31,498 nucleotides of DNA from Gemmatimonadales bacterium (GTDB taxonomy: Bacteria > Gemmatimonadota > Gemmatimonadetes > Gemmatimonadales > GWC2-71-9): assembly GCA_038321865.1 (NCBI GenBank), contig JBBQFH010000033.1, positions 1 to 31,498 of the forward strand, written 5' to 3'. The position numbers were made by a program, and so were the translations under genes. The notes under the pieces were generated by a model. That model did no database searches, had not been told where the DNA came from, and worked only from the letters and a program-made list of their open reading frames with translations. Every line of letters starts with the position of its first letter. Within the stretch, counting starts at the first letter, position 1. This document shows positions 18,294-26,187 of this stretch, piece by piece.

Positions 18294-20930
18294 TCAGGAG
18301 GCCTGCACCAGCTTGTCGAAGCGCGGATTCCCCTTAAGCGGCGCCCAGGTGGGATCGATGCGGAGCCACGCCGGCGTGACGAAGTACGGTTCCTTCAGGA
18401 TCATCTCGAGCAGGTCCACCGCCTTGTCGGGCTCGCCCGTCATCATGTAGATCCGCGCCATTATCTGCTGGTAGTACGGCCCGAACCAGTGATCGCGCTC
18501 GATAGGCGAGAGGGCCAGCCCGCGGAGCCCGCTAGCGATCGCGTCGGACTTGCGGCCGAGCACGGCGAGCTGAAGTCCCGCGATGAGCGGCCGCTGCGGA
18601 TCCTTCGGCGCGGCCTTGACCTGGGACACTGTGGCGCGGTACGCGGTGTCGGCGTAGGCCCGGGCCTTCCCGTGATCACCGCGGAGGTCCCAGACCTCCA
18701 TCATGACTGTCGCCCAGGCGGCGCGATCGTTGTCGAACGCGGTCGAGTCGAGTGCGAGCACCCGCCGCTGGGCCGCGTCGTCCAGCACCCAGTAGAGGTC
18801 CCAGGCCTGCGCGAAGTACACCGCGACGTCGACCGGATCATTGGGCGGCGACATCGTCGCCGGCACGGCACGAGCCGCTGCGAAATCTCCACGTGCCAGC
18901 GCGATGAGCGCACCGTCCCTGCGTGCCGTCATGATGTTCGGAGCGAGCGTGATCGTCGCCTCGTTGGCCGCGCGCGCTTCGGAGAGCCGGCGCATCCAGA
19001 GCAGAATCTGTACCTCGTTGATCGCGGCGCCGACCGAGCGCGGATCGAGGCTCCGCACCTGCTGGGTATGCCGTAGTGCATCCTCGAGCCTGCCCGCCGC
19101 CCGCTCGACACCGGCGGCGGTCGTGAGAAAGATCGGCGCGCTGGCCGCCGACCGCGGCGCACGGCTGATATATCGCTCCGCCGCAGCGGCGTCGTTCTCG
19201 ACCTGGAGGTAATAAGTCGCGATCGCGCTCAGGGCGCTGGGCTTCGTCGGATCGAGCGCCATCGCGCGTTCGGCGGCCGCGCGAGCACGCTGCGCGACGA
19301 CCGGGTCGGGCACGCCGTTGGTGTAGAGCTGGCTCAGGGCGGCGGCCAGTGCACCATAGGCGTCCACGTAGCTGGAGTCGAGCGCGATCGCCTGCTGCAA
19401 GAGCGCGATCTTGGTTCGGACGGATCGCGCGTCGGACGAAACCATCGCCCTGGCACGCAGGAACGCGTCGTACGCTGGCAGGCTCTGCGTGGGCCGCGCG
19501 GCGAGCTGCTGCTGCGCGTTGGTCCCAAGGGCGAGGTCCAGCGCCCCTGCCACCTGTCCCGCGATGTCCGTCTGCATCTGGAATACATTCGTCAGCGGTG
19601 CGTCGAACGGCTGCTGCCAGCGCACCGTGGAGGTCGCTCCATCCACCTGCACCAGCTCGGGGCTCACCCGCACCACCCGCGACCCGCCGGCGCCGGGCGC
19701 CCAGCGCACCTTGGCGATGAGCAGGTAATCGACGCCCAGCTCCGACGCGATGCTCGCGAGCGACTTGGTGGTGTGCTTGTACGACTTCGAGCTCCCGTCC
19801 GCGATGACCCGGAGGCCCGGAAGCGCCGACAGCTTGCCGCGCACCTCATCGGTGATGCCGTCCGCGAAGTACTCGTCGTCCGCGGTGCCCAGGTTCTCGA
19901 ACGGCAGCACGGCCACCAGCTTGCCGCCGCCGGGCGCAGTCTCGGCCCCGTGCCGCTGCCGCCAGGCGAAAAGGAGGCCGAGGCCGAGGACGAAGCCGAT
20001 TCCGAGCGTCAACAGCGCCGGCGAGGGGCGCCGCCGGTGCGCCTGGGCGATCGGCCCCGCGGCGGCCGCGATGGCCGCCGGTGTGGTCACCTGGGAATCC
20101 GCCGCCGGGATCAGCGCCCGGGCGAACTCCGCCGCGGTGGACCATCGGTCCGCCGGGACCGGTGCCAGCGCGCGGGTCACCGCCCGCTCCACCGATTCCG
20201 GCACCGCCGGCCGCGTCCGCCGCACGCTCGGCACCTCACCGCTGAACCGCTTGGCGATCACCGCCAGCGCCGTGGGCCCGGTGAACGGCGCCTCCCCCGC
20301 CAGCATCTCGTAGAGCACCGCGCCCAGACTGTACACGTCGGTCCGCGCCGTGATGTCGTGCTCTCCACTGGCCTGCTCGGGGCTCATGTACGCCGGCGTC
20401 CCGATGGCGAGGCCGGTCTCCGTCAGCTGCTGGTCGCTGCCAGCGAGTGAGCGCGCGATCCCGAAATCCGCCACCAGCGTGTTGCCGTCCTGCGTGATGA
20501 GCAGGTTCTCCGGCTTGATGTCGCGATGGATCACGCCGTGCTGGTGGGCATACTCCAGCGCCTGCGCGGCCTCGCGCGCGATCCGGAGCGCGTCCTCCAC
20601 CGGCAGCTGCCGCTCGCGGTCGAGGCGGCTCCGGAGACTTTCGCCCTCGATGAAGGGCATGGTGAACCAGAGATTGCCCGCGGCGTCGCCCGAATCGAAA
20701 ACGGTGAGAATGTGCGGATGCTGCAGGCGGGCGGCGAGGCGGATCTCGCGCTGGAAGCGCTCGGGCCCGAGGGCGTGGGCCAGGTCGGCGTGGAGGACCT
20801 TGAGGGCGACGGGCCGGTCGTGCCGCACGTCATGCGCGAGGAAGACGGTGGCCATCCCGCCATGGCCCAGCTCGCGCTCGATCGTGTAATTGGCAAGCGC
20901 CGCCTGGAGCGTCTGCTGCAGGTCCGTCAG
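18294..20930 (-). CDS. Membrane Ser/Thr protein kinase, kinase-TM-TolB_N-like-TPR (K5); probable CTG start
   Basis: Same architecture. The frame extends 25 codons above ATG 20855 (LTDLQQTLQAALANYTIERELGHGG) to CTG 20930; in-frame TGA further upstream with no ATG/GTG/TTG in between. Confidence 0.9.
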   Translation of the reverse strand: MTDLQQTLQAALANYTIERELGHGGMATVFLAHDVRHDRPVALKVLHADLAHALGPERFQREIRLAARLQHPHILTVFDSGDAAGNLWFTMPFIEGESLRSRLDRERQLPVEDALRIAREAAQALEYAHQHGVIHRDIKPENLLITQDGNTLVADFGIARSLAGSDQQLTETGLAIGTPAYMSPEQASGEHDITARTDVYSLGAVLYEMLAGEAPFTGPTALAVIAKRFSGEVPSVRRTRPAVPESVERAVTRALAPVPADRWSTAAEFARALIPAADSQVTTPAAIAAAAGPIAQAHRRRPSPALLTLGIGFVLGLGLLFAWRQRHGAETAPGGGKLVAVLPFENLGTADDEYFADGITDEVRGKLSALPGLRVIADGSSKSYKHTTKSLASIASELGVDYLLIAKVRWAPGAGGSRVVRVSPELVQVDGATSTVRWQQPFDAPLTNVFQMQTDIAGQVAGALDLALGTNAQQQLAARPTQSLPAYDAFLRARAMVSSDARSVRTKIALLQQAIALDSSYVDAYGALAAALSQLYTNGVPDPVVAQRARAAAERAMALDPTKPSALSAIATYYLQVENDAAAAERYISRAPRSAASAPIFLTTAAGVERAAGRLEDALRHTQQVRSLDPRSVGAAINEVQILLWMRRLSEARAANEATITLAPNIMTARRDGALIALARGDFAAARAVPATMSPPNDPVDVAVYFAQAWDLYWVLDDAAQRRVLALDSTAFDNDRAAWATVMMEVWDLRGDHGKARAYADTAYRATVSQVKAAPKDPQRPLIAGLQLAVLGRKSDAIASGLRGLALSPIERDHWFGPYYQQIMARIYMMTGEPDKAVDLLEMILKEPYFVTPAWLRIDPTWAPLKGNPRFDKLVQAS

Positions 20931-21070
20931 CGTCGGGCCTTGGTGGGGGATGGTGGAATGTAGCGCCGGCGGGAGGGTTCAGCCAACGCCGATCGCCCCT
21001 AGTCCGCTCGCGCCACGTGGATGGTGAAGCTCGATGCCGAGCAGGCGTTTCCGGATGTGGATCGGGAGAA

Positions 21071-21517
21071 TCAGGTCTGGGTGGCGCAGCCCTGGTAGCT
21101 CATCGTATCGATCCGGACCCGGGCCTGGTAGTCCCACGCCCGGTCCGACATCCCGTCGCTGCACTTCCCCGGCCAGAGCCGCACGTCCACCGAATCTCCG
21201 CGTGAGCGAAGTGTCCAGCGGAGCGTGTCGGCTGAGCGGAGCGGCGGCACGGGGGCAAACGGCCGGCCGCTGGTGTCCGCCGGTGTTCTGAACCGGAGCT
21301 CCTCGCGTGTGATGTCGAGCGCCCAGAATGGCTCAGTGCCGACCGCATGAAACCGCGGGACGGCGGACTGCACCAGCCGGCGGAGCGCGGTGTCGGCGGT
21401 CGGCGCGCTGGTCGAGTGCGCCGCCGCACCGGCGATCCGCTCCCGCCCGTCGCCGCAGGCGATCGAGCAGAGCGCGCCCAGCACGATCAGGGCGCGCCCG
21501 AGGACGGATGCCCTCAC
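21071..21517 (-). CDS. COG3650-like lipoprotein
   Basis: GTG 21517 overlaps the upstream stop (GTGA); lipobox 'CSIAC'; 'FHAVGTEPFWALDI' and 'CSDGMSDR...GCA' motifs. Confidence 0.8.
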   Translation of the reverse strand: MRASVLGRALIVLGALCSIACGDGRERIAGAAAHSTSAPTADTALRRLVQSAVPRFHAVGTEPFWALDITREELRFRTPADTSGRPFAPVPPLRSADTLRWTLRSRGDSVDVRLWPGKCSDGMSDRAWDYQARVRIDTMSYQGCATQT

Positions 21518-22341
21518 CGGCGACCCTGCCGCCTGCCGCGCGGCGGCTGTTCGACGCGAATCGGCTTCACCATTCCGCGCATGACATGCGGCTGCTTCGA
21601 CGCCGGATCGGTGACGAGGCAATAGATGACGTAGTTGCCCGGTGGCAGGTCCACCGGCAGGTATGCCGCTGCACCCGGGCCCATCCGCGCGACCCCTGCG
21701 ATCGGCTTCGCATACGCAGCCGGGTCCTCCGCGACGAGCCACTCGCGCGCGGTCGCCCCCTCCCGCAGGCGGTTGATCCGGAGCTGATGGTCCTGCTGTC
21801 CGATGTTCTCCACCCGAAGGATCCGCGGACCCGGCTGCCACCGTTCGGCAGTGATGTACGCGAACTCGGCCATGCGGACGGTGTCGGCGACGCGCGGAGG
21901 CGTCCCGAGGCCGGCCCGGCCGACGACCGTGACGATCCGCGCCTCACCACTCCGGCCGTGGCGGTGACCATCCGCGCCCCTTCGGACACAGGTAAAGACG
22001 TACCGGCCAGGCGTGAGCTGGAGTATCACTTCGCCGGTGTCGCCGATCTCGGGGCCGCCGATCGCGAGTGCGGCCGGCGGCGTCATATCCGTCGCATCGA
22101 GGTCGGCGAGAAACCGGCCCATCTCGACCGGCCCCGAGGCATCCCGCATCCTGAACGCGACGACGATGTGGCCCGCGCCATCTTCCTCGACCCGGATCCG
22201 CCGCCAGCCGGAGGCGATCGAGTCGGGCATTACCAGGCGGCCGTCGCGCACGGTGATCACCGGGTCGGCGGCCGCGTGCGCGATCGTCCCGCCGCTGAGG
22301 ACCAGCATTAGTCGCAAGGCGACCGCAGGAATGAGCTCCAT
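21514..22341 (-). CDS. Secreted tandem cupredoxin-like protein
   Basis: GGGAG then ATG 22341 and a signal peptide. Two repeats ending 'LTPGRYVFTC...H..SGE' and 'LPPGNYVIYC...PHVMRGM'. Confidence 0.7.
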   Translation of the reverse strand: MELIPAVALRLMLVLSGGTIAHAAADPVITVRDGRLVMPDSIASGWRRIRVEEDGAGHIVVAFRMRDASGPVEMGRFLADLDATDMTPPAALAIGGPEIGDTGEVILQLTPGRYVFTCVRRGADGHRHGRSGEARIVTVVGRAGLGTPPRVADTVRMAEFAYITAERWQPGPRILRVENIGQQDHQLRINRLREGATAREWLVAEDPAAYAKPIAGVARMGPGAAAYLPVDLPPGNYVIYCLVTDPASKQPHVMRGMVKPIRVEQPPRGRRQGRR

Positions 22342-22360
22342 CGCCGATCTCCCGCGCCGC

Positions 22361-22756
22361 TCAGGCGCCCGCGGCCCTGATCTCGTCACCCGGCTCCGCC
22401 GCCTGCTGCCCGGCGGCGGCCTCGCTCCCGGCCGCGCTCTCCGCCGGAGCCGATTGGCCACGGTTCGTCTTCGAGCCGTACTCGCTCAACGCTGTCGCAT
22501 GGCGGATGGCGGTGTCCCCCGCGTGCGTCAGCAGCGCCCACACGCGCATATAGGCGCTGCCCATGCCGCGCTCGGCAGGCTGCGTGCGCATGCTGTACAC
22601 CAGTCGCTCGGCCTCGAGCTGAAACAGCTCGGCCACGAGCATGTCGAGGGTGTAGCCGCCGTTGGCGCCGCCCAGCTCGAAGCTGACCCGGCCCCGGGCC
22701 AGCTCGCTGAGCAGGAAGCGGCGGCGCGCCGACATCTGGGTCCGCCGGGACTTCAT
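22361..22756 (-). CDS. Hypothetical protein (possible winged-helix-like)
   Basis: ORF fills the gap between co-oriented genes; 'ELFQLEAERLV...ALLTHAGDTAI' pattern. Start uncertain. Confidence 0.45.
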   Translation of the reverse strand: MKSRRTQMSARRRFLLSELARGRVSFELGGANGGYTLDMLVAELFQLEAERLVYSMRTQPAERGMGSAYMRVWALLTHAGDTAIRHATALSEYGSKTNRGQSAPAESAAGSEAAAGQQAAEPGDEIRAAGA

Positions 22757-22825
22757 CGCCGGAGATCCATCAGAAAAGGGCCTTGAGGGAGACGCCGACA
22801 AGGTAGCGCCCGGCGGCGCGGAGGG

Positions 22826-23224
22826 CTACACCGTGGCCCGGATGGGCCCACGGAGCAACACCGCGAGCCCTGCCGCGGCGGCGATGTCGTAGGAGGCGCA
22901 GAAGGCCGGCCACCAGCCGGGCACCCCGCCGTTGGCGACGACGTGCCCGTGCACCGAGTCGAGCAGCCCGTGCGCCGCGAGCCCGGCGACGACCCACCAG
23001 AGGCTGGCCCTGAACCCCCAGTGCATCAGGACGAAGAACGGCAGCGCGATCGCCACCTCGGTCCCCACCACGCGGGTGGACCCCGTCATCGCCGCAAAGA
23101 GCACGTAGATCAGCGCGACCACAACGAGCACGACCGGGTAGAGCGCCCGGTCGCGGTCGAGGCCAATGACGCGGCCGGCGAGGATGGTCAGCAGCGCGAG
23201 CGCTACCCCGATCAGGTAGGGCAT
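22826..23224 (-). CDS. Small integral membrane protein (about 4-5 TM)
   Basis: GGAG upstream of ATG; hydrophobic helices; 'GLDRDRALYP', 'GLAAHG..D..H', 'PGWWPAFCASYD'. Confidence 0.75.
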   Translation of the reverse strand: MPYLIGVALALLTILAGRVIGLDRDRALYPVVLVVVALIYVLFAAMTGSTRVVGTEVAIALPFFVLMHWGFRASLWWVVAGLAAHGLLDSVHGHVVANGGVPGWWPAFCASYDIAAAAGLAVLLRGPIRATV

Positions 23225-23311
23225 GAAGCTCCGTTGTGGTTTGAGAGAGGCCCGGAGCCCGAATATGCGCCGGGCGAGGGATCAGCGATACCTGCGGGTC
23301 GCCCAGCCTCA

Positions 23312-23751
23312 CTGCAACCCCGTCCCGCAGCGCTGCAGCTTCGCTCCGCAGCCCTGACAGTCCGTCCGTTTCCGCTGCAGCGTCGTCCCGCGGTGCTGCA
23401 GTATCGTCCCCAGACTCGTCAGCATCGTGCCGGGTCACCGTAGCGTCGTCCCGCGCCATCATAGCGGCGCTCCCGGCTGTCGCAGCTCCGTCCGGCGGCG
23501 CATTTCGGGCGTGCCTCAGCGCATTCGCGTGACCCGTTTCGGCATTTCGGTCCCCCCGGTCCGCATTTCGGTCACGCCGGTCCGCATGTCGGTCGCCCCG
23601 CGCTGCATTCCGGTCGCGCCGCGCTGCATTCCGGATGCGCCGTCCCGTTTTCGGGACGCACCGGTGTTCCGTTTTCGGGACCGGGCTGTTCCGAATCCGG
23701 AACACTCAGGCCTTCGCGGGCCGCCGCACCGCATTCGCCGGGCGTCGTGCT
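23312..23751. repeat. Degenerate tandem array with 21-bp period (two sub-families)
   Basis: Family A (about CTGCAGCGTCGTCCCGCAGCG) starts at 23312, 23333, 23354, 23375, 23396, 23417, 23438, 23459, 23480. Family B (about GCATTTCGGTCnCnCCGGTCC) starts at 23500, 23521, 23542, 23563, 23584, 23605, 23626, 23647, and again in phase at 23710 and 23731. Confidence 0.85.
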
Positions 23752-23817
23752 GCCGGCGTCGCTTACTATTATGGCGCCGCGCCGAACCCCTTCGCGCACT
23801 CCCCCACCTGCAACATC

Positions 23818-23833
23818 TGGCACGCTCGATGCT
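23818..23833 (+). promoter_or_regulatory. Putative sigma54 (RpoN) -24/-12 promoter
   Basis: TGGCACGCTCGATGCT versus consensus TGGCACG-N4-TTGCW: exact GG-N10-GC spacing, one mismatch, about 90 bp upstream of ATG 23926. Confidence 0.65.
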
Positions 23834-23925
23834 TCTCCCCTCACCGACCGCCGCCCGGGCGGGGGCCATCCCGAAGTGCGCAGTCTCACGCAGTCGGTCC
23901 AGTCCAGTCCAGAAAGGGGTGCCAT

Positions 23926-24615
23926 ATGTATTTCATCGTGCGCCGCAAGCTGGCGATGGCGGCCGACGTCCGGGAATTCATCCGGGCGCACGCCGACCCG
24001 AACCCGGGCTTCATCGCGGCAGCCTCGCGATTCGAGGAGCGCTACACCCGCGCCGAAGAGCTGGCGCGGCAGGAAGTCTCCGGCCGCCAGGCGGTGGCGG
24101 CCGCGATCGCCAGCAGGGATCTGATCAAGGCGCAGGCCTACGATGCGCTCCGGCTGCTGGCCGGCATCGCGCGGGCGGCGTCGAAGGAAGAGCCGGAGCT
24201 CCTGGTCGGCATCGCACGCCCGAACGCCGATACCGGCAACCAGACCTTCGTGACCCGGGGGCGAGTCGCCCAGGCCACGGCGGTCGCCCACCAGGCGCTG
24301 CTGGAGAAGTACGGGATGCCGGCGGCGTGTCCCGCCGACCTCGGCGTCCTGCTCGACCGGTTCGAGGCCGCGATGCAGGACAAGTCGAGCGGCAAGGCGT
24401 CCCACACCGGCGCCCGCGCCGATCTCGCCGCCGTCACCTTCGAGCTGATGGACCTGGTGCGGCAGCTCGACGCGCTGATCCGTTACCGCTTCAGGAATGA
24501 CCCGGAAGCACTCGGCGCCTGGAAGAGTGCGCGGAACATGGCGTGGCCCGAGAGGACCGCCGGCACCCCGACACCGGCGGAGCAGGTGCAGTCGCAGGTA
24601 CAGCCGGCGAAGTAG
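23926..24615 (+). CDS. Uncharacterised all-alpha-helical protein (229 aa)
   Basis: SD AAAGGGGT before ATG 23926; typical GC3 codon usage; MYFIVRRKLAMAADVREFIRAH...LDALIRYRFRNDPEALGAWKSARN; long amphipathic helices and a Pro/Thr-rich tail. Confidence 0.85.
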   Translation: MYFIVRRKLAMAADVREFIRAHADPNPGFIAAASRFEERYTRAEELARQEVSGRQAVAAAIASRDLIKAQAYDALRLLAGIARAASKEEPELLVGIARPNADTGNQTFVTRGRVAQATAVAHQALLEKYGMPAACPADLGVLLDRFEAAMQDKSSGKASHTGARADLAAVTFELMDLVRQLDALIRYRFRNDPEALGAWKSARNMAWPERTAGTPTPAEQVQSQVQPAK

Positions 24616-24640
24616 TGCCGGGGCAAGGCAGGTGCAGAAA

Positions 24641-24675
24641 CAGCGCGGGGGTCCGGATGACGGGCCCCCGCGTTG
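24641..24675. terminator. Stem-loop between convergent genes (probable terminator)
   Basis: CAGCGCGGGGGTCCG-GATGA-CGGGCCCCCGCGTTG; short T-tract (TTT) on the minus side only. Confidence 0.6.
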
Positions 24676-24685
24676 CGTCTGCCCA

Positions 24686-25189
24686 TCAGTCGCCGCAGGT
24701 GGTCCGCACCCAGCCACCCCCGGCAGCCGCCAGCAGCGTCTGATCGATTCGCTCCCGACCCGGAATATCCGTTACCACTTCGGCGGCCGCCTGACTGCGG
24801 AGCAGCAGGTCATAGAGGCGATTGACGCCGTCCGGGTCCGGAAAGCGGATGTCCACGGTGCCCGCCATCTGAGCCGGCTGAATCGATTCGATCGGGAGCT
24901 CGAGCAGCACCGAATCAGGCGACGCGGCAAGGACCAGCCGGAGGCCGGTGACATGATATTCGAGGTCCACGCCAACGAGGGTCCACCGAAGCGAGCCGGC
25001 GGCCTGATTCGATCGACCCTGGCTGAGCGTGACATCCATCCGCTCGATCCTCCGCACTCCGGCCGGCGAGAACAGGGCCTGGGCGGCAGTGGACCGGTAC
25101 ACGGTGCCGCAGTATGGTCCGAAAGGAGAGACGCAACCGTGCAGGACGATCAGCGCCGCGATGAGAGCGGTGGCTGGGGCGAGGCGCAT
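24686..25189 (-). CDS. Hypothetical lipoprotein (weak CHRD-like pattern)
   Basis: GGGAG before ATG; lipobox 'LHGC'; 'SLRWTL.G.DL..HVTGLRL' and 'LYDLLLR...EVVTDIPG'. Confidence 0.6.
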   Translation of the reverse strand: MRLAPATALIAALIVLHGCVSPFGPYCGTVYRSTAAQALFSPAGVRRIERMDVTLSQGRSNQAAGSLRWTLVGVDLEYHVTGLRLVLAASPDSVLLELPIESIQPAQMAGTVDIRFPDPDGVNRLYDLLLRSQAAAEVVTDIPGRERIDQTLLAAAGGGWVRTTCGD

Positions 25190-25269
25190 GCGGGTCTCCC
25201 GGCGATGAGTGGTCGACGATCAGCGACGCGACCACGATGCGGCAAGGGCGTGACCTCGCCGTGACCGCG

Positions 25270-26010
25270 CTACGCCCAGATCGATGCGGCCGCCGCGCGC
25301 TCCTGGGCCAGCCAGCGCTCATCGTCCACTCCGCGAATCAGGAACCACCCGATCTTCAGCGCCGCCCCGATGAGGGCGAAGATGGCGATGTAGCTCGCGA
25401 AGCGAAGCCCGAGCGGCAGCCAGAGAAAGGTCAGCCAGGCGAACCCGGCGACCATCCCGAGCCAGCCGAGCCAGCTGGGCAGGAACGTCGAGCGGACGAC
25501 GAGCCAGCCGCTGAGGATCGCGTAGAAGCCGAAGAAGACCATCGCGAGCCCGGCGCCCTGGGCATTGATGTGGAGGAACGCCTGGGAGAGCGCCAGCCCC
25601 TGCGGCCCGGCGAACGGGCTCAGCGCGTCGGCGTGGCCCAGCAGGAAGAACGGCGCGATGAGGAAGAGGCGGCTCATCGTCTTGATGGTGATGGCGACGA
25701 GGCTCAGCAGCACGGCGAGCCGCGAGACGCTCCGGCTGACCGGCTTGAGCAGGTCGTACAGGAGTGCCGTCATCACGACGTTGCAGGTCATCTCGACCAG
25801 GTACGCGGCCCAGCCGGCGCGGAGCAGGTCACCGTGGGCGAGGATGTTGCTCGCGGTGGTGGCGGCGTCGGTGAGGTTGATGAGGCGGTTCTCGATCGAG
25901 GTGCCGATTCCCGCGAGGACGATCGTGAGGAGGTAAAAGATGCCGGCAAGGCGCGCCGTGCTGGTGGGCGACATCTCGCGGAGTGTCGCCGTCATGCCAT
26001 CGGTGCTCAT
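25270..26010 (-). CDS. DUF4386 family membrane protein
   Basis: 'ARLAGIFYLLTI', 'DAATTASNILAH', 'LYDLLKPVS', 'FLPSWLGWL', 'WFLIRGVD'. Confidence 0.85.
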   Translation of the reverse strand: MSTDGMTATLREMSPTSTARLAGIFYLLTIVLAGIGTSIENRLINLTDAATTASNILAHGDLLRAGWAAYLVEMTCNVVMTALLYDLLKPVSRSVSRLAVLLSLVAITIKTMSRLFLIAPFFLLGHADALSPFAGPQGLALSQAFLHINAQGAGLAMVFFGFYAILSGWLVVRSTFLPSWLGWLGMVAGFAWLTFLWLPLGLRFASYIAIFALIGAALKIGWFLIRGVDDERWLAQERAAAASIWA

Positions 26011-26187
26011 CGCTCTGTCTCCAGCCGGTTCGGGACGTTCGGGTGACCGCTGCGGAAGGTCATACGGGGCGTTGAGCAGAGGGTTTCAGGTTGAATCATG
26101 GAAGATTGGACCGATCCGAACGGCGCTCTCCGGAGTATACGAGTCACGCACAGCTGATTCACGACCCTCCACCCGGAGCATCGCATC

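Noticed and set aside
20979..21164. 61-aa minus ORF upstream of K5
   Set aside because: It overlaps the lipoprotein gene out of frame and has no SD or motif support.
23312..23751. CRISPR array
   Set aside because: Units are contiguous and degenerate, with no constant repeat/unique spacer alternation. The 21-bp period is too short and no cas genes are present.
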